The notes beneath the pieces are model-generated. The model worked only from the letters and a program-made list of their open reading frames with translations, ran no database searches and had not been told where the DNA came from. Below are positions 1 to 9,253 of a stretch of 64,000 nt of DNA, piece by piece. Both the position numbers and the translations under genes were made by a program. The DNA is from a virus (Duplodnaviria; Caudoviricetes): the IMG/VR virus record IMGVR_UViG_3300050123_000025, positions 300-64,299 of that record, one strand, 5' to 3'. Positions within the stretch are counted from its first letter, which is position 1. Each line of letters begins with the position of its first letter.

Positions 1-1010
1 TCCAGCACACAGACGGTCTTTGCACCCTTGACAATAAAGGCGATCAAGGTGTATGTCGTTTTGTCCTCGGGGGCTTGGTTGATAGGTCGCTCGCCTTTAA
101 GGGTTGCATGGTATTGGGGCTTGGGTTCTGGTTCGGCAAGTTCAAGATATTCTGGTTCAAAACACCAGTAATAACCACGTTTACCCCCAACTCCTTTGTG
201 AATGCCTGCGTGCCCGTCAATGTTTTCGTTGAATTGTACCAAATAATAATTGTCGCCTACTTTTATAACGGTACCGATTTTGCCAACACATTCGCTTTTG
301 CCAAAATATTCTTTGATGTTACGCACCCGGTCGCCAACCTTAAACGGCTTGTCCTTAACCGGCGCAGGCTTGACTTCCGGCGGTTCGTCCACCACTAATT
401 CAAAACAATGTTCACTGCCACCCCAACCGCTTTGGTTTGGGAAGTCCGCTAGATAATCTCCATATAAATTAGATACATCGATAATAATGCCAATATCGCC
501 TTTTTTAACATCACCCCAACCATGATTTACCGCTATCGCCCGGACTTTATCGCCCACGGAAAACTTATGTTTCGGTAGTTCAACGTAGGGGATTAGGTCG
601 GATTTGAGGTAGTGATCGCCATGGGAGCTATCCTTTTTTGGCCAGCAAGAATAATAATCCCCATTGTCCTTTATGACATATAAATATCCTTGCTCTTTAC
701 CGCCTGCATATCCCCAACTGTTACAGGCTGTTAATAAACTGGCTTTCCTCTTGCTTACCGGGACAACCTTGTCCCCGATTGCAAATTTAGGGGCGGGTTC
801 CGCAGGCTCCAACATAGCATCCGTCCAGTTCCAGCCTCCTTTGTCAATGTCTAGTTCATAGCGGGTATTGTTAAATTGTATATGTTCGATAATGGCTACC
901 TTGCCACGGTATTGAGCCATTTCCGAATCGAAAAAGCAACCATCATTATATTGTTTATTAACCACCAAGTCCGCTCTGACCCTCACTTTATCTCCAACCT
1001 TATAATCCAT
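1..1010 (-). CDS. Phage protein with repeated SH3/KOW-like modules (3' end outside window)
   Basis: Read by eye: ATG at 1010, MDYKVGDKVRVRADL..., later KFAIGDKVVPV and KFSVGDKVRA repeats; not in ORF track. Confidence 0.7.
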   Translation of the reverse strand, partial: MDYKVGDKVRVRADLVVNKQYNDGCFFDSEMAQYRGKVAIIEHIQFNNTRYELDIDKGGWNWTDAMLEPAEPAPKFAIGDKVVPVSKRKASLLTACNSWGYAGGKEQGYLYVIKDNGDYYSCWPKKDSSHGDHYLKSDLIPYVELPKHKFSVGDKVRAIAVNHGWGDVKKGDIGIIIDVSNLYGDYLADFPNQSGWGGSEHCFELVVDEPPEVKPAPVKDKPFKVGDRVRNIKEYFGKSECVGKIGTVIKVGDNYYLVQFNENIDGHAGIHKGVGGKRGYYWCFEPEYLELAEPEPKPQYHATLKGERPINQAPEDKTTYTLIAFIVKGAKTVCVL

Positions 1011-1021
1011 TCCGATTCCTC

Positions 1022-1357
1022 CTATCCAATAATCAGTATTTTAATTAACGGTGCAACAGTCTCCACGAACCAATTAAACAGACAAACGCCCACAATAAAG
1101 CCCCCGATGATTAACCAGGGGCTTAGTGGCTTCCTCCGTATTTTGTTTTCTCGCTTAACCTTGGGCTTGTTTATGCCCAACTCGGTGATTTTAACTCGCT
1201 TGCTTTTGTGGCATGAATTAAATCCTTTGGGTTGGTTGCTTGCCCGATAAACAGAACTTACTCGTTCAATCGGCATGGTTTGTCCCCCTCTCCAATAATC
1301 CTCACATAAGCGGTCTGCGTCCCGAACATCGGCACTTTGCTCGGTGCATTGTACCAA
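1022..1357 (-). CDS. Small membrane protein (true start probably internal, MPIERV)
   Basis: C-terminal hydrophobic helix WLIIGGFIVGVCLFNWF. Confidence 0.55.
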   Translation of the reverse strand: MVQCTEQSADVRDADRLCEDYWRGGQTMPIERVSSVYRASNQPKGFNSCHKSKRVKITELGINKPKVKRENKIRRKPLSPWLIIGGFIVGVCLFNWFVETVAPLIKILIIG

Positions 1358-1665
1358 AGTTTAACTTCATCCTTTGCCAGTTTGTCCGACTTCGCAACCG
1401 CCTGACACTCGCCGTAAATATCAATGTCCAGCAGGGAGTATAGCGGTATTTCGCTTTGGTCGCTGATAATGCAATAACCGGGGCCAAAATCAATTCCTGT
1501 TTCATCTTGGCCGTATTGACAAAATGCCGTGGCGGTGACTTTGATGGGTTGCGGTTGTGGTTCGGGTGCCGGCTTACTGTCTATTTTGTCGGCGTTTAAT
1601 AGGGTTATGGCAAGCAGGGTTAGCATGATAAGCGTGAAGGCGATTCGGAATTGGTTATGACTCAT
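1258..1665 (-). CDS. Membrane-anchored 3D-domain-like (cell-wall) protein, degenerate
   Basis: N-terminal TM, Pro-rich linker, VTATAF...TG...IISDQSEIPLYSLLDIDIYG pattern. Confidence 0.6.
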   Translation of the reverse strand: MSHNQFRIAFTLIMLTLLAITLLNADKIDSKPAPEPQPQPIKVTATAFCQYGQDETGIDFGPGYCIISDQSEIPLYSLLDIDIYGECQAVAKSDKLAKDEVKLWYNAPSKVPMFGTQTAYVRIIGEGDKPCRLNE

Positions 1666-2017
1666 TAAGGGGTTCCTCAATATACCACTCGCCATGCCGT
1701 AATCCTTTAAGACAACCGAATCCATTGTTGGTTATGGGGTCTTTATAACACGGTCCACATACTCCACCATTTTCGCAATACACTGTTTTATCATCTTGCA
1801 AATAAGCCTTGATTGCTTCCCACACCGGAACGGGTTCGCGGACGAGGGACCAGTCAAAAGCCAAAAAAACTGGATTAATATGAACATCATTGCCACTTTT
1901 TTCATATGCCAAGTGACCGCTTGCCATTCCCACTGTGTCTTGCCCAATAAGAGTTATTACACTGAATCTTAAATTAGGGTTTTTCTCCAACATGGTTATC
2001 ATCGCGCTAGTTTTCAT
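1655..2017 (-). CDS. Hypothetical phage protein
   Basis: GGAG RBS, coupled to neighbours. Confidence 0.65.
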   Translation of the reverse strand: MKTSAMITMLEKNPNLRFSVITLIGQDTVGMASGHLAYEKSGNDVHINPVFLAFDWSLVREPVPVWEAIKAYLQDDKTVYCENGGVCGPCYKDPITNNGFGCLKGLRHGEWYIEEPLNES

Positions 2018-2178
2018 TATTTCTCCTCCACTCTGTCTATCGTTACGGTCAGCGTGCCATCCTCATCAATATCGAACAAGTCTATTTCCGGTGCTGATAT
2101 GTCAATAATTGTATCCTCCATATGGTTTGCGATAATTTCTTTAAGTTCCTCAAATGTGTAGGTGAAAACTGCTTTCAT
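2017..2178 (-). CDS. Small acidic hypothetical protein (53 aa)
   Basis: GGAGG RBS, MKAVFTYTFEELKE..., TAATG overlap with next gene. Confidence 0.6.
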   Translation of the reverse strand: MKAVFTYTFEELKEIIANHMEDTIIDISAPEIDLFDIDEDGTLTVTIDRVEEK

Positions 2179-2350
2179 ATTTATTCCTCCCGTATATAAT
2201 GTTTATAGGTGCCATCTTTGCGGTAATCGTTCTTGCTCCTTATATAGATACATTTACCGTTTTTAATTTCGATTGCCGCTTCCTTGCATTCCCCGTTTTC
2301 GTTACTGATACAGGTTTTTGTATCACATCCCATGAATATTGTTTTATGTT

Positions 2351-2548
2351 TCACCTCGGCATTCCTCCTTTCTTAGCGCAGTATCCGCTCTGCTTGCACT
2401 CCACAAAGTCCAGATAGCGACATCCTTCCCTAGAACAGTCAAGGCGGGTATAATTCCCGCCACAAACACACTGTTTTTCCTTTAGTTTTTCATGCTGTAG
2501 TTTTTTCCACTCGAATTGGGCGTGGCAGGATTTGCATATTATTAGCAT
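2351..2548 (-). CDS. Cys-rich (Zn-binding) hypothetical protein
   Basis: CxxC and CxC motifs; TAATG overlap. Confidence 0.55.
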   Translation of the reverse strand: MLIICKSCHAQFEWKKLQHEKLKEKQCVCGGNYTRLDCSREGCRYLDFVECKQSGYCAKKGGMPR

Positions 2549-3429
2549 TACTTAGTGGCCGGTTGGAGCTTTGATAAGTGGAGATACAACTCGCGCCCTT
2601 GCTCTACCGTCAAATCCTTTAGGCTGCCCACCTTATATTTTTCTTGTGCCAGCGCGGACAGTTCCTCGTGGCTCATACCTATTTCGCCGGCCTTGGCGTG
2701 AAGCGTGGCCATGTTCTTTGTACCTATCTTCTCCGGTTCTATTACTGGCTTGTCCTCGCCCGTATCAGCCCATTTACGTAACAGTTCTCCGTGTTCCTCG
2801 CATAGAACCTCATATTTACCGTCAAAGATATGCGTATTATCTTTCATGGGATTTGCTACATGATTGTCCTGGGATATCATAAGAGTGAGCATACATTCAT
2901 ATTCATAGCCCGCCCGCTGGTCTGCCCCTAGTCCTACTTTTTGAGGTACTTGCTTACCATTTTTTTCCTCTAATACATAAGTATCCTTACCTCTAAGACA
3001 AGATATAATATTAGCCTTACAATACAATTGAGCATCAATGAATTTGTTGTGTCTGGGGGTTATTTTCGCCCAATTAGTGTAGGAGTTGCCGGGCATACTG
3101 GAATGCACTTCTAATAGTCCGCCCTTGCCGCTCCATTCATGACTAGCAGAATCAATAATGATATTGTCGTATTTCTCTTTTTCACCATATTCTATGGCTT
3201 CAATGAACTTTTCCGGTGTGAATGGGGCTTCAATATCCGCTATGTCATAATCAAACTCATCTGCGTAGATATACCCCCTGTCCCCTTCGGTATTGACAAG
3301 CAGGGTTTTACCTCCCATTCCTTTACATAATCGTAAAGAGCTATACGTCTTGCCGCCTCCCGAAGGACTGATTAACGCCATTTTTATATTCAGTTTTCGT
3401 CTAATTGCTTTTTTGGCTTGAATCGCCAA
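2548..3429 (-). CDS. AAA-family ATPase, Sak4-like phage recombination protein
   Basis: Walker A SPSGGGKT, Walker B IIIDS, HEW motif; beside exonuclease. Confidence 0.8.
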   Translation of the reverse strand: MAIQAKKAIRRKLNIKMALISPSGGGKTYSSLRLCKGMGGKTLLVNTEGDRGYIYADEFDYDIADIEAPFTPEKFIEAIEYGEKEKYDNIIIDSASHEWSGKGGLLEVHSSMPGNSYTNWAKITPRHNKFIDAQLYCKANIISCLRGKDTYVLEEKNGKQVPQKVGLGADQRAGYEYECMLTLMISQDNHVANPMKDNTHIFDGKYEVLCEEHGELLRKWADTGEDKPVIEPEKIGTKNMATLHAKAGEIGMSHEELSALAQEKYKVGSLKDLTVEQGRELYLHLSKLQPATK

Positions 3430-4114
3430 TTGTGTTTCCTCCTTTTAATTTTGATGCGAAATTTTTATGTGTTTGTCTGCCATAATAACTTGGAACCGTT
3501 CTTCGATCTATCTCGCTTAACACTTCTTCTAGCGGCAACCCTTTATGGTATCTATAGCGTATTGTAGATTCTTGGATTCTTAATTCTTTGGCCCAATCCG
3601 CTAGGGTTTGTTTCTTGCCATTAAAGTAAATAAAAACGTTTTTACTTGTGTTTGATGCTTGTCGATAACCAGGAATCCATATGCAATTGTCAGGCTCATA
3701 ATTACCATTATTATCTTTTCTTTCAATTGTCAACGAATTGTTATAGCCATTAGTGTAAGCCCAATTTTTAAATAATGAAAAATCCAACCAATTATCATAA
3801 ACCCTAATGCCTTTTGCTCCATAATGCTTATAACCTGATGCGGTAGGTATATAACATCTAGCCTTCATTCCGCCCCAGATGCGATATAATCTTGTATGTG
3901 TATTGCCATGTGTAATGTTTCTTTTCATTAAAGCATCATGCCCCAAACACCCACAGCTTTTTGTTTTTCCGCTTCTTAACGAATTGGATTGAACAATAAC
4001 AATATTGCCGCATTCACATTGACATTTCCAATAAGCACTTCTTTTTATATAGGCTAATTCTATCACCGTGAGTCTACCAAATTTCAAACTAATCATTGGT
4101 TTTATAACGCCCAT
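3401..4114 (-). CDS. HNH homing endonuclease
   Basis: FGRLTV, WKCQCECG, KSCGC, YGAKGIRV, TIERKDNNGNYEPDNCIW. Confidence 0.85.
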   Translation of the reverse strand: MGVIKPMISLKFGRLTVIELAYIKRSAYWKCQCECGNIVIVQSNSLRSGKTKSCGCLGHDALMKRNITHGNTHTRLYRIWGGMKARCYIPTASGYKHYGAKGIRVYDNWLDFSLFKNWAYTNGYNNSLTIERKDNNGNYEPDNCIWIPGYRQASNTSKNVFIYFNGKKQTLADWAKELRIQESTIRYRYHKGLPLEEVLSEIDRRTVPSYYGRQTHKNFASKLKGGNTIGDSSQKSN

Positions 4115-4993
4115 TTATTCCTCCTTTAAACCTAATTCACAAAAGTTTGATACGTTGCAATAATTGAGACATTTTCTCCCGGGTCCTGGTCCGCCTGCCC
4201 ATCTTTCCTCATCCGAACATTCTGCCGGCAGAGTTTCCGTCTGCAAGTGCCACAAAAGGGCGTCACGTTTAGGCAAAAAATAAGCCAGCACGTCATCGTC
4301 TGGCAGGTATGGTACTTCTATTAGATATGCGTTTTTCGTTACGCCTCGGCTCGTAGCGGCTTGAATACCGCCATCCCGCACCGCAATATCAAGGAACATT
4401 TTTTTGATAAGGAATCCGCTATCTTTCAACATTAAGCGGTACATATTAAGCTGTAGGGCTTGTTCGTGTAAGTCTGGTTCGCCCTGTACTGTTTCCTTAC
4501 GGGTTTTCTCTAATCCTTTACGTGGTCCGGACTTAAAGATTTCGCCGGTAGGGATGTTAACCGATTGGTAACCCAAGCAGCGCATTACCTTGTAGCTCCC
4601 GAACGTCTTAGTATCATAAAGGTTGCTATCCTCGTCCATGTAATCAAACGCGCCGGTGATGCCCTCTAGCTCAAGCCGTATCTCGCCCAGTTCGTTGTCT
4701 CCTGTATGCTTGTCCAGCAGGCCATGCGCCTTAGTGCCGATAATGCGGAATATAGCGCCCTGTGGGTCAATAAAATAATCCTCGGTGATACCTAAATACG
4801 CTTCCCGTGTTCCCTTTTGTAGTTGTGTAACACTGGGTTTGCCCTGCCATTCTCGTTGCTCGGCTATCATGCGCAGGGAGCGAAGTGCCATGCATCTGCC
4901 GGCTGGATGTTGGTCTTTAATCCTGCACTCCTTGAAGCATTGCTCAAATATGCAAGTGTTTTCATCTGTACAAGTAAATCCTATAGCTGGCAA
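4115..4993 (-). CDS. PD-(D/E)xK / Cas4-like exonuclease
   Basis: GAFD...YDTKT, QLNMY, C-terminal CxxYC...FC; TTG start after GGAGG. Confidence 0.75.
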   Translation of the reverse strand: MPAIGFTCTDENTCIFEQCFKECRIKDQHPAGRCMALRSLRMIAEQREWQGKPSVTQLQKGTREAYLGITEDYFIDPQGAIFRIIGTKAHGLLDKHTGDNELGEIRLELEGITGAFDYMDEDSNLYDTKTFGSYKVMRCLGYQSVNIPTGEIFKSGPRKGLEKTRKETVQGEPDLHEQALQLNMYRLMLKDSGFLIKKMFLDIAVRDGGIQAATSRGVTKNAYLIEVPYLPDDDVLAYFLPKRDALLWHLQTETLPAECSDEERWAGGPGPGRKCLNYCNVSNFCELGLKEE

Positions 4994-4995
4994 TT

Positions 4996-5421
4996 TTATT
5001 CCTCCTTTGGTTTCAGGTATCGTGAAACAAACTCGCAAGCATTTTCCACATCTTCTAAAATCTGCGTTAGACTAAATGTCTTGCCCTCATCCCAACAATG
5101 ACGGTAATCACAGCCGACTTTTATTATTCTGCCATCTGAGTCTAAAAGTTGTTTACTGTAATAAGTGATGCCACAATGGAATGGGATTTCATTCAGAAAC
5201 TCCGACTTATAATAATCTGGACTTTCATATTCACTACTACCAAATTGTTTTAGTGTCGCAGGTATCCATAATGATTCTGCTAATTTAGCATCCTTTAAAT
5301 TGTCAAGAGCTATATACAGATACCAAGTCCACCCGTAATAATCGTGTGGTTGTTTAATTTCAAAAGAAACATTATTATGTGTTCCGTAATTCATAGTTAG
5401 CGTGTTAAATTTTTTTATCAT
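4996..5421 (-). CDS. Hypothetical phage protein
   Basis: AGGAG RBS before MIKKF; FHCGITY and GCDYRHCWD motifs. Confidence 0.7.
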   Translation of the reverse strand: MIKKFNTLTMNYGTHNNVSFEIKQPHDYYGWTWYLYIALDNLKDAKLAESLWIPATLKQFGSSEYESPDYYKSEFLNEIPFHCGITYYSKQLLDSDGRIIKVGCDYRHCWDEGKTFSLTQILEDVENACEFVSRYLKPKEE

Positions 5422-5592
5422 GTTATCTCTCCTTTTCGTCGGGATACAACAAGGCCGGGTCAATCTCCCGGCCATCCTCATCAACGATATAACGCTCATT
5501 ATTTAATTCATCTATGACTTCGTGGTATCGGGGTCTGATTGGCCCCCAGTGAGCATCGATTATCATGGGGTTGTCCACGTTGCTATCACGGT

Positions 5593-5808
5593 TCATGCGT
5601 CCTCCTTGCGCTCCGTATTGCCTTTAAGTTGATCGCTAAATTCCATTTGGCTTTTAGCGGCAACGTACCCCAAGAAAGTAAGATCGCTATATACCCCGCC
5701 TCCGAGCTTGCCGTCCGACTGGATCTCCAAGATAAACATTTCATTATTTTCATAAACCACTGGTTCTTCTTCCCAGCCCTCTATAGTTATCTTTATTTTT
5801 TTATTCAA
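5593..5808 (-). CDS. Hypothetical protein
   Basis: AGGAGG RBS, TTG start. Confidence 0.6.
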   Translation of the reverse strand: MNKKIKITIEGWEEEPVVYENNEMFILEIQSDGKLGGGVYSDLTFLGYVAAKSQMEFSDQLKGNTERKEDA

Positions 5809-5831
5809 TTTCGTTTCCTCCTTATTAATGA

Positions 5832-5925
5832 TGCAGGGCAGGTAGTCTAAGGGGTTTGAACCCTCGCGTATGAACTACCCTTTCGGGCCTATGCGCGCGC
5901 CTTTACTGGTGACTATCGCCCTGCA
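5832..5925 (-). ncRNA. tRNA-like structured RNA candidate
   Basis: Closing stems TGCAGGGC/GCCCTGCA and TAGTC/GACTA; T-arm AGGG-TTCAAAC-CCCT; CCC-GAAA-GGG hairpin. Confidence 0.55.
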
Positions 5926-5996
5926 AATATTTAAGCCCTCAACTGTCATAATCGAGGGCTTGCTAACATATGTTAAAATATAAGTGCCGTTTTGTT

Positions 5997-6236
5997 TTAG
6001 TTCTCTGTTTGCAGCAGGGGGCTTTCTTTTTGGGGCGCTTGAATTGTCCCGAATAAATCATAAATCCCGGAAGAATCATCATTGAAGGTGATTTTTAAGG
6101 TGTGTGGGTTAATATCTCCTAAATTAAAAATAAGTTGACTGGACTTGATTTTAAGATGCTCTTGTTCGTGGTCGAGACATTTATTCCAATCTTCAAATTG
6201 TTGTCCGCAACCATCACATTTATATATGGTTTTCAT
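5997..6236 (-). CDS. C2H2 zinc-finger-like protein
   Basis: YKCDGCGQQF...CLDHEQEH; AAGGAGG RBS. Confidence 0.7.
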   Translation of the reverse strand: MKTIYKCDGCGQQFEDWNKCLDHEQEHLKIKSSQLIFNLGDINPHTLKITFNDDSSGIYDLFGTIQAPQKESPLLQTEN

Positions 6237-6249
6237 GGGCTTGTCCTCC

Positions 6250-6477
6250 TTATTGCAATAATTCCGTGGTCGGAACCTCAATAGTCCTATTTAGCACCGA
6301 TGACCAGATCATATAGCTGTCCGGGTCTGACCCTTTATTGTTCCCGTTTTGCCTTCCCTCTAGGACTTTAAATGACTTCTTAAATTCATTGGCTAACTGC
6401 TCCATTCGCTCCGAATTGGTGAATAATTTTAATACTGCGGACTTCTGCTCTATTGTAAGTTTAATTTGCTTTAACAT
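6250..6477 (-). CDS. Hypothetical protein
   Basis: AAGGAGG RBS. Confidence 0.6.
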   Translation of the reverse strand: MLKQIKLTIEQKSAVLKLFTNSERMEQLANEFKKSFKVLEGRQNGNNKGSDPDSYMIWSSVLNRTIEVPTTELLQ

Positions 6478-6685
6478 GGCTTGTCCTCCTTCTAGTAAAA
6501 TAAACTCTCTTGCCTTCTTCTCCTATGCACCGGGACCCCACAGTCGTTTTTACACCGGGACAACCTCCCAGGCGGCTGGTTACCACCTGTATCAGCATGC
6601 ACGCAAACGGTTTGCCTTTCGGAGAGTAGGTTATTCAGTTGTTTCCTTTCTGGTAGATTTTAAGTATTAAAATAATATGGTTGGG

Positions 6686-6898
6686 TTACGCGGTTGCTCG
6701 TGTCTCGTCGATTAGTTTAGAGATTGGGATTTCTAGTGCTTTGGCAAGTTTCTCCAGAGTGAGTAGTGTTGGGTTCATCTGCTTGCCGTTTTCTAGCCGG
6801 GAAATCATGTCCGGTCTGATGCCGGTAAGTTTTGAGAGTTTTCCTTGCGATATGCCTAGTTTTTCGCGATTTTTCAATATGGCTGTATATCTTAGCAT
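6686..6898 (-). CDS. Cro-like XRE HTH regulator
   Basis: ISQGKLSKLTGIRPDMISRLENGK; divergent from repressor. Confidence 0.85.
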   Translation of the reverse strand: MLRYTAILKNREKLGISQGKLSKLTGIRPDMISRLENGKQMNPTLLTLEKLAKALEIPISKLIDETRATA

Positions 6899-6931
6899 TT
6901 TTGGTATGCCCTCCCTTCATAGGATAATATT

Positions 6932-6960
6932 AATCTAACTTTGTTTGCGGTTAATGTCAA
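6932..6960 (-). promoter_or_regulatory. SigA-type promoter for the cro operon
   Basis: TTGACA-17 bp-TAGATT on minus strand. Confidence 0.75.
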
Positions 6961-7101
6961 TAGCATAAAACGCATATTAATAAAATGACAAAATGAAAGA
7001 AAATTATAGAAAAACATTAAAAAACACTTGCAAACGTTAATAACATCATTTACTATTGACATATAAAGCAATAACATAAATAAAAAAGGGGGAAACAAGA
7101 G

Positions 7102-7494
7102 GTGATAGGAGAAAAAATACAGGAAATATTAAATGCCAAAGGTTTAACACAGGTCGATTTGGCAGAAATGGTAGGTATGTCAGGAACACAAATTAACCGA
7201 ATCTGCAAAGGGCATGGGATTCCCAATGGGAAGAATATTGATAAAATAGCAAAGGCATTAGACGTGCCAGCACATGCGCTTTATAGCGAAGAGGACGTAT
7301 ACAGCTCTGTTTTAGCTCTTAAAATATTAGAGCAATTACCAGAAGATATTGTTAGGGCTATTGGGAATAAAAAAAATTTAAACTATTTAATCATGGGCTT
7401 AAATTTGAGTGACAGCGAATTGTCGCCAGAAGAAATTAAAATGGTGGTGAGGAAACAAGAGGAACTAATAAAGGAGATAGAAGGAGGGAAGTAA
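7102..7494 (+). CDS. CI-like XRE HTH repressor (no S24 peptidase domain)
   Basis: LTQVDLAEMVGMSGTQINRICKG; upstream of integrase. Confidence 0.85.
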   Translation: MIGEKIQEILNAKGLTQVDLAEMVGMSGTQINRICKGHGIPNGKNIDKIAKALDVPAHALYSEEDVYSSVLALKILEQLPEDIVRAIGNKKNLNYLIMGLNLSDSELSPEEIKMVVRKQEELIKEIEGGK

Positions 7495-7513
7495 TTATTG
7501 GAAATTAAAAATT

Positions 7514-7539
7514 AATAAGGCTTAACGCCTTATTTTTTT
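7514..7539 (+). terminator. Intrinsic terminator
   Basis: AATAAGGC-TTAAC-GCCTTATT followed by T-tract. Confidence 0.7.
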
Positions 7540-7721
7540 CACATGGAGGTGATACATGACGCATGAAACAAATGTTCTGTAAGGTTTGAGGGAATAATGT
7601 AAAGGAAGTGAAATAATGGTTTTAGTATGTACAGAATTGCCTATAAACATAGCATTTGTTATTAATATTCAGGAGGACATGCTAACAATTAATAGTCTCA
7701 CGCTAGAGGAGGTTTTAGTTC

Positions 7722-8657
7722 GTGACGGACGAACAGTTACAGAAATATTTAAGGAAGTGTGCAGCCAGGGGCTTGGGGGACAAAACTATCCGAAATTATC
7801 ATATCAACTTATTGACCTTTGAAAAATGGCGCGGAGATAAGCTATTAATTGAATTGGTTGAGGATGATATTGATGATTATATTTTCTACCTTAAAAAAAT
7901 AACTACTATCAACGACACTACATTAAATAACAAACTACGTGATCTCCGAGCCTTTTTAAAATTTGCGCATTCGCGAGGTTGGTGTGATGAGATTGAGATT
8001 AGATTATTGAAAGTGCAGGAGCCGGACATAATACCGCTGGAAGATGACCAGTTGAGGGAAATTTACGATGCTTGTAATATGAAGAAAAAATTAGACAGGG
8101 TTAGAGATTATACTATTATGCGGTTACTGGAGGAAACGGGTATTAGGCTCTCGGAGTGTATGGGATTAGAGTTTAATGATGTTAACATCAAGGTCGGTAG
8201 CGTTAAGCTTAAGAAAACAAAAAACAAAAAGGCCAGGGAAGCTTATCTTACCCCGGCAATGAAAAAAGATTTGAATTTATACCTAGAAGCGCGCAAACAC
8301 TTCTTGGCAGCAAATGGATTGGAGAACAAAACTGATATATGGATAGCCGTTAAAGCTCCTAGTAAGGGCAAGGCTGTATCCGCAAGAACTATCCAAGAGC
8401 AATTGCATAAATATGGAGAAATGGCAGGGATACCCGTGAGGGTGTCCCCCCATACTTTTAGGCATACGTTCGCAAGAAACTTTCTGATTAACGGTGGTGA
8501 TATTTTTACCCTTCAAGAACTTCTGGGCCATTCATCTTTGGAAATGGTTCGTCGCTATGTCCGTCTATTTGACAAGGACAAGCAAAACTCTTATTTAAAG
8601 GTGATGGAAAAGCGTCAAAAAGACAGAAAAAGAAATGGGAAAAAACCTTTCCCATAA
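7722..8657 (+). CDS. int: Tyrosine integrase
   Basis: TGIRLSE, KTKN, SPHTFRH, LLGH, RRY catalytic motifs; next to tRNA. Confidence 0.92.
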   Translation: MTDEQLQKYLRKCAARGLGDKTIRNYHINLLTFEKWRGDKLLIELVEDDIDDYIFYLKKITTINDTTLNNKLRDLRAFLKFAHSRGWCDEIEIRLLKVQEPDIIPLEDDQLREIYDACNMKKKLDRVRDYTIMRLLEETGIRLSECMGLEFNDVNIKVGSVKLKKTKNKKAREAYLTPAMKKDLNLYLEARKHFLAANGLENKTDIWIAVKAPSKGKAVSARTIQEQLHKYGEMAGIPVRVSPHTFRHTFARNFLINGGDIFTLQELLGHSSLEMVRRYVRLFDKDKQNSYLKVMEKRQKDRKRNGKKPFP

Positions 8658-8674
8658 ACTAGTATTAAAAATTA

Positions 8675-8759
8675 TGGTGCGGGCGAGAGGTTTCGAACCT
8701 CCACGTCTTTCGACACCAGATCCTAAGTCTGGCATGTCTGCCAATTCCACCACGCCCGC
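8675..8759 (-). tRNA. tRNA-Leu (anticodon TAG), complete with CCA; likely overlaps attP
   Basis: GCGGGCG acceptor, GGAATTGGCAGAC D-arm, CCAGA-CTTAGGA-TCTGG anticodon arm, long variable arm, GGTTCGAAA T-loop, ACCA end. Confidence 0.93.
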
Positions 8760-8927
8760 TTGCTGTTTGCGCTATATAACATATTTGGTAATAACATTTA
8801 TGTCATATAGCATAAAATCCTAAGTCTTACGTTACAAAAAACATGGTTGTAACCGAAGATAGAACCGTGTTCATAAAATAAACAAAAATTAACATTTATG
8901 TTATATACATTTTATTCAAAAGGACAA

Positions 8928-8955
8928 GCAATTTCTTGATAATAGGCGCATACCT
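8928..8955 (+). promoter_or_regulatory. SigE-like sporulation promoter candidate
   Basis: GCAATTT-14 bp-CATACCT ahead of the FtsK module. Confidence 0.4.
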
Positions 8956-8998
8956 ATGGAATACACAGATAAATCTATATAGAAAAGGAGGTTTTAGT

Positions 8999-9253
8999 AT
9001 GTTCGCAAAATCCAAAGACAGTCTGTTAATTATGGCAATGGTAATTATTGGGCCATACGTTTTAGAGCTATTCCGGTTTCCGCTTGAGGAGCATCATAAA
9101 GTTGGTTTTTTCTTCATTGGCCTTGCTGCTATCCTGCAAATTTGGTTACAGCAAACATCCGAGATTGACAAAATAGGGCAGGTGTTCGAAGCCAAAAAAG
9201 TTGATGTAGGCGGGAAGTTCCCACGGCTCGTAAAGGAGGCCAGTAATGATTAA
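8999..9253 (+). CDS. Two-TM membrane protein, probable N-terminal anchor of FtsK
   Basis: AAGGAGG RBS; two hydrophobic helices; 8-nt overlap with FtsK. Confidence 0.7.
   Translation: MFAKSKDSLLIMAMVIIGPYVLELFRFPLEEHHKVGFFFIGLAAILQIWLQQTSEIDKIGQVFEAKKVDVGGKFPRLVKEASND

Noticed and set aside
7616-7822. Separate 68-aa gene overlapping the integrase start
   Set aside because: 101-nt out-of-frame overlap and no recognisable motif; cannot be supported, though it has a plausible RBS.
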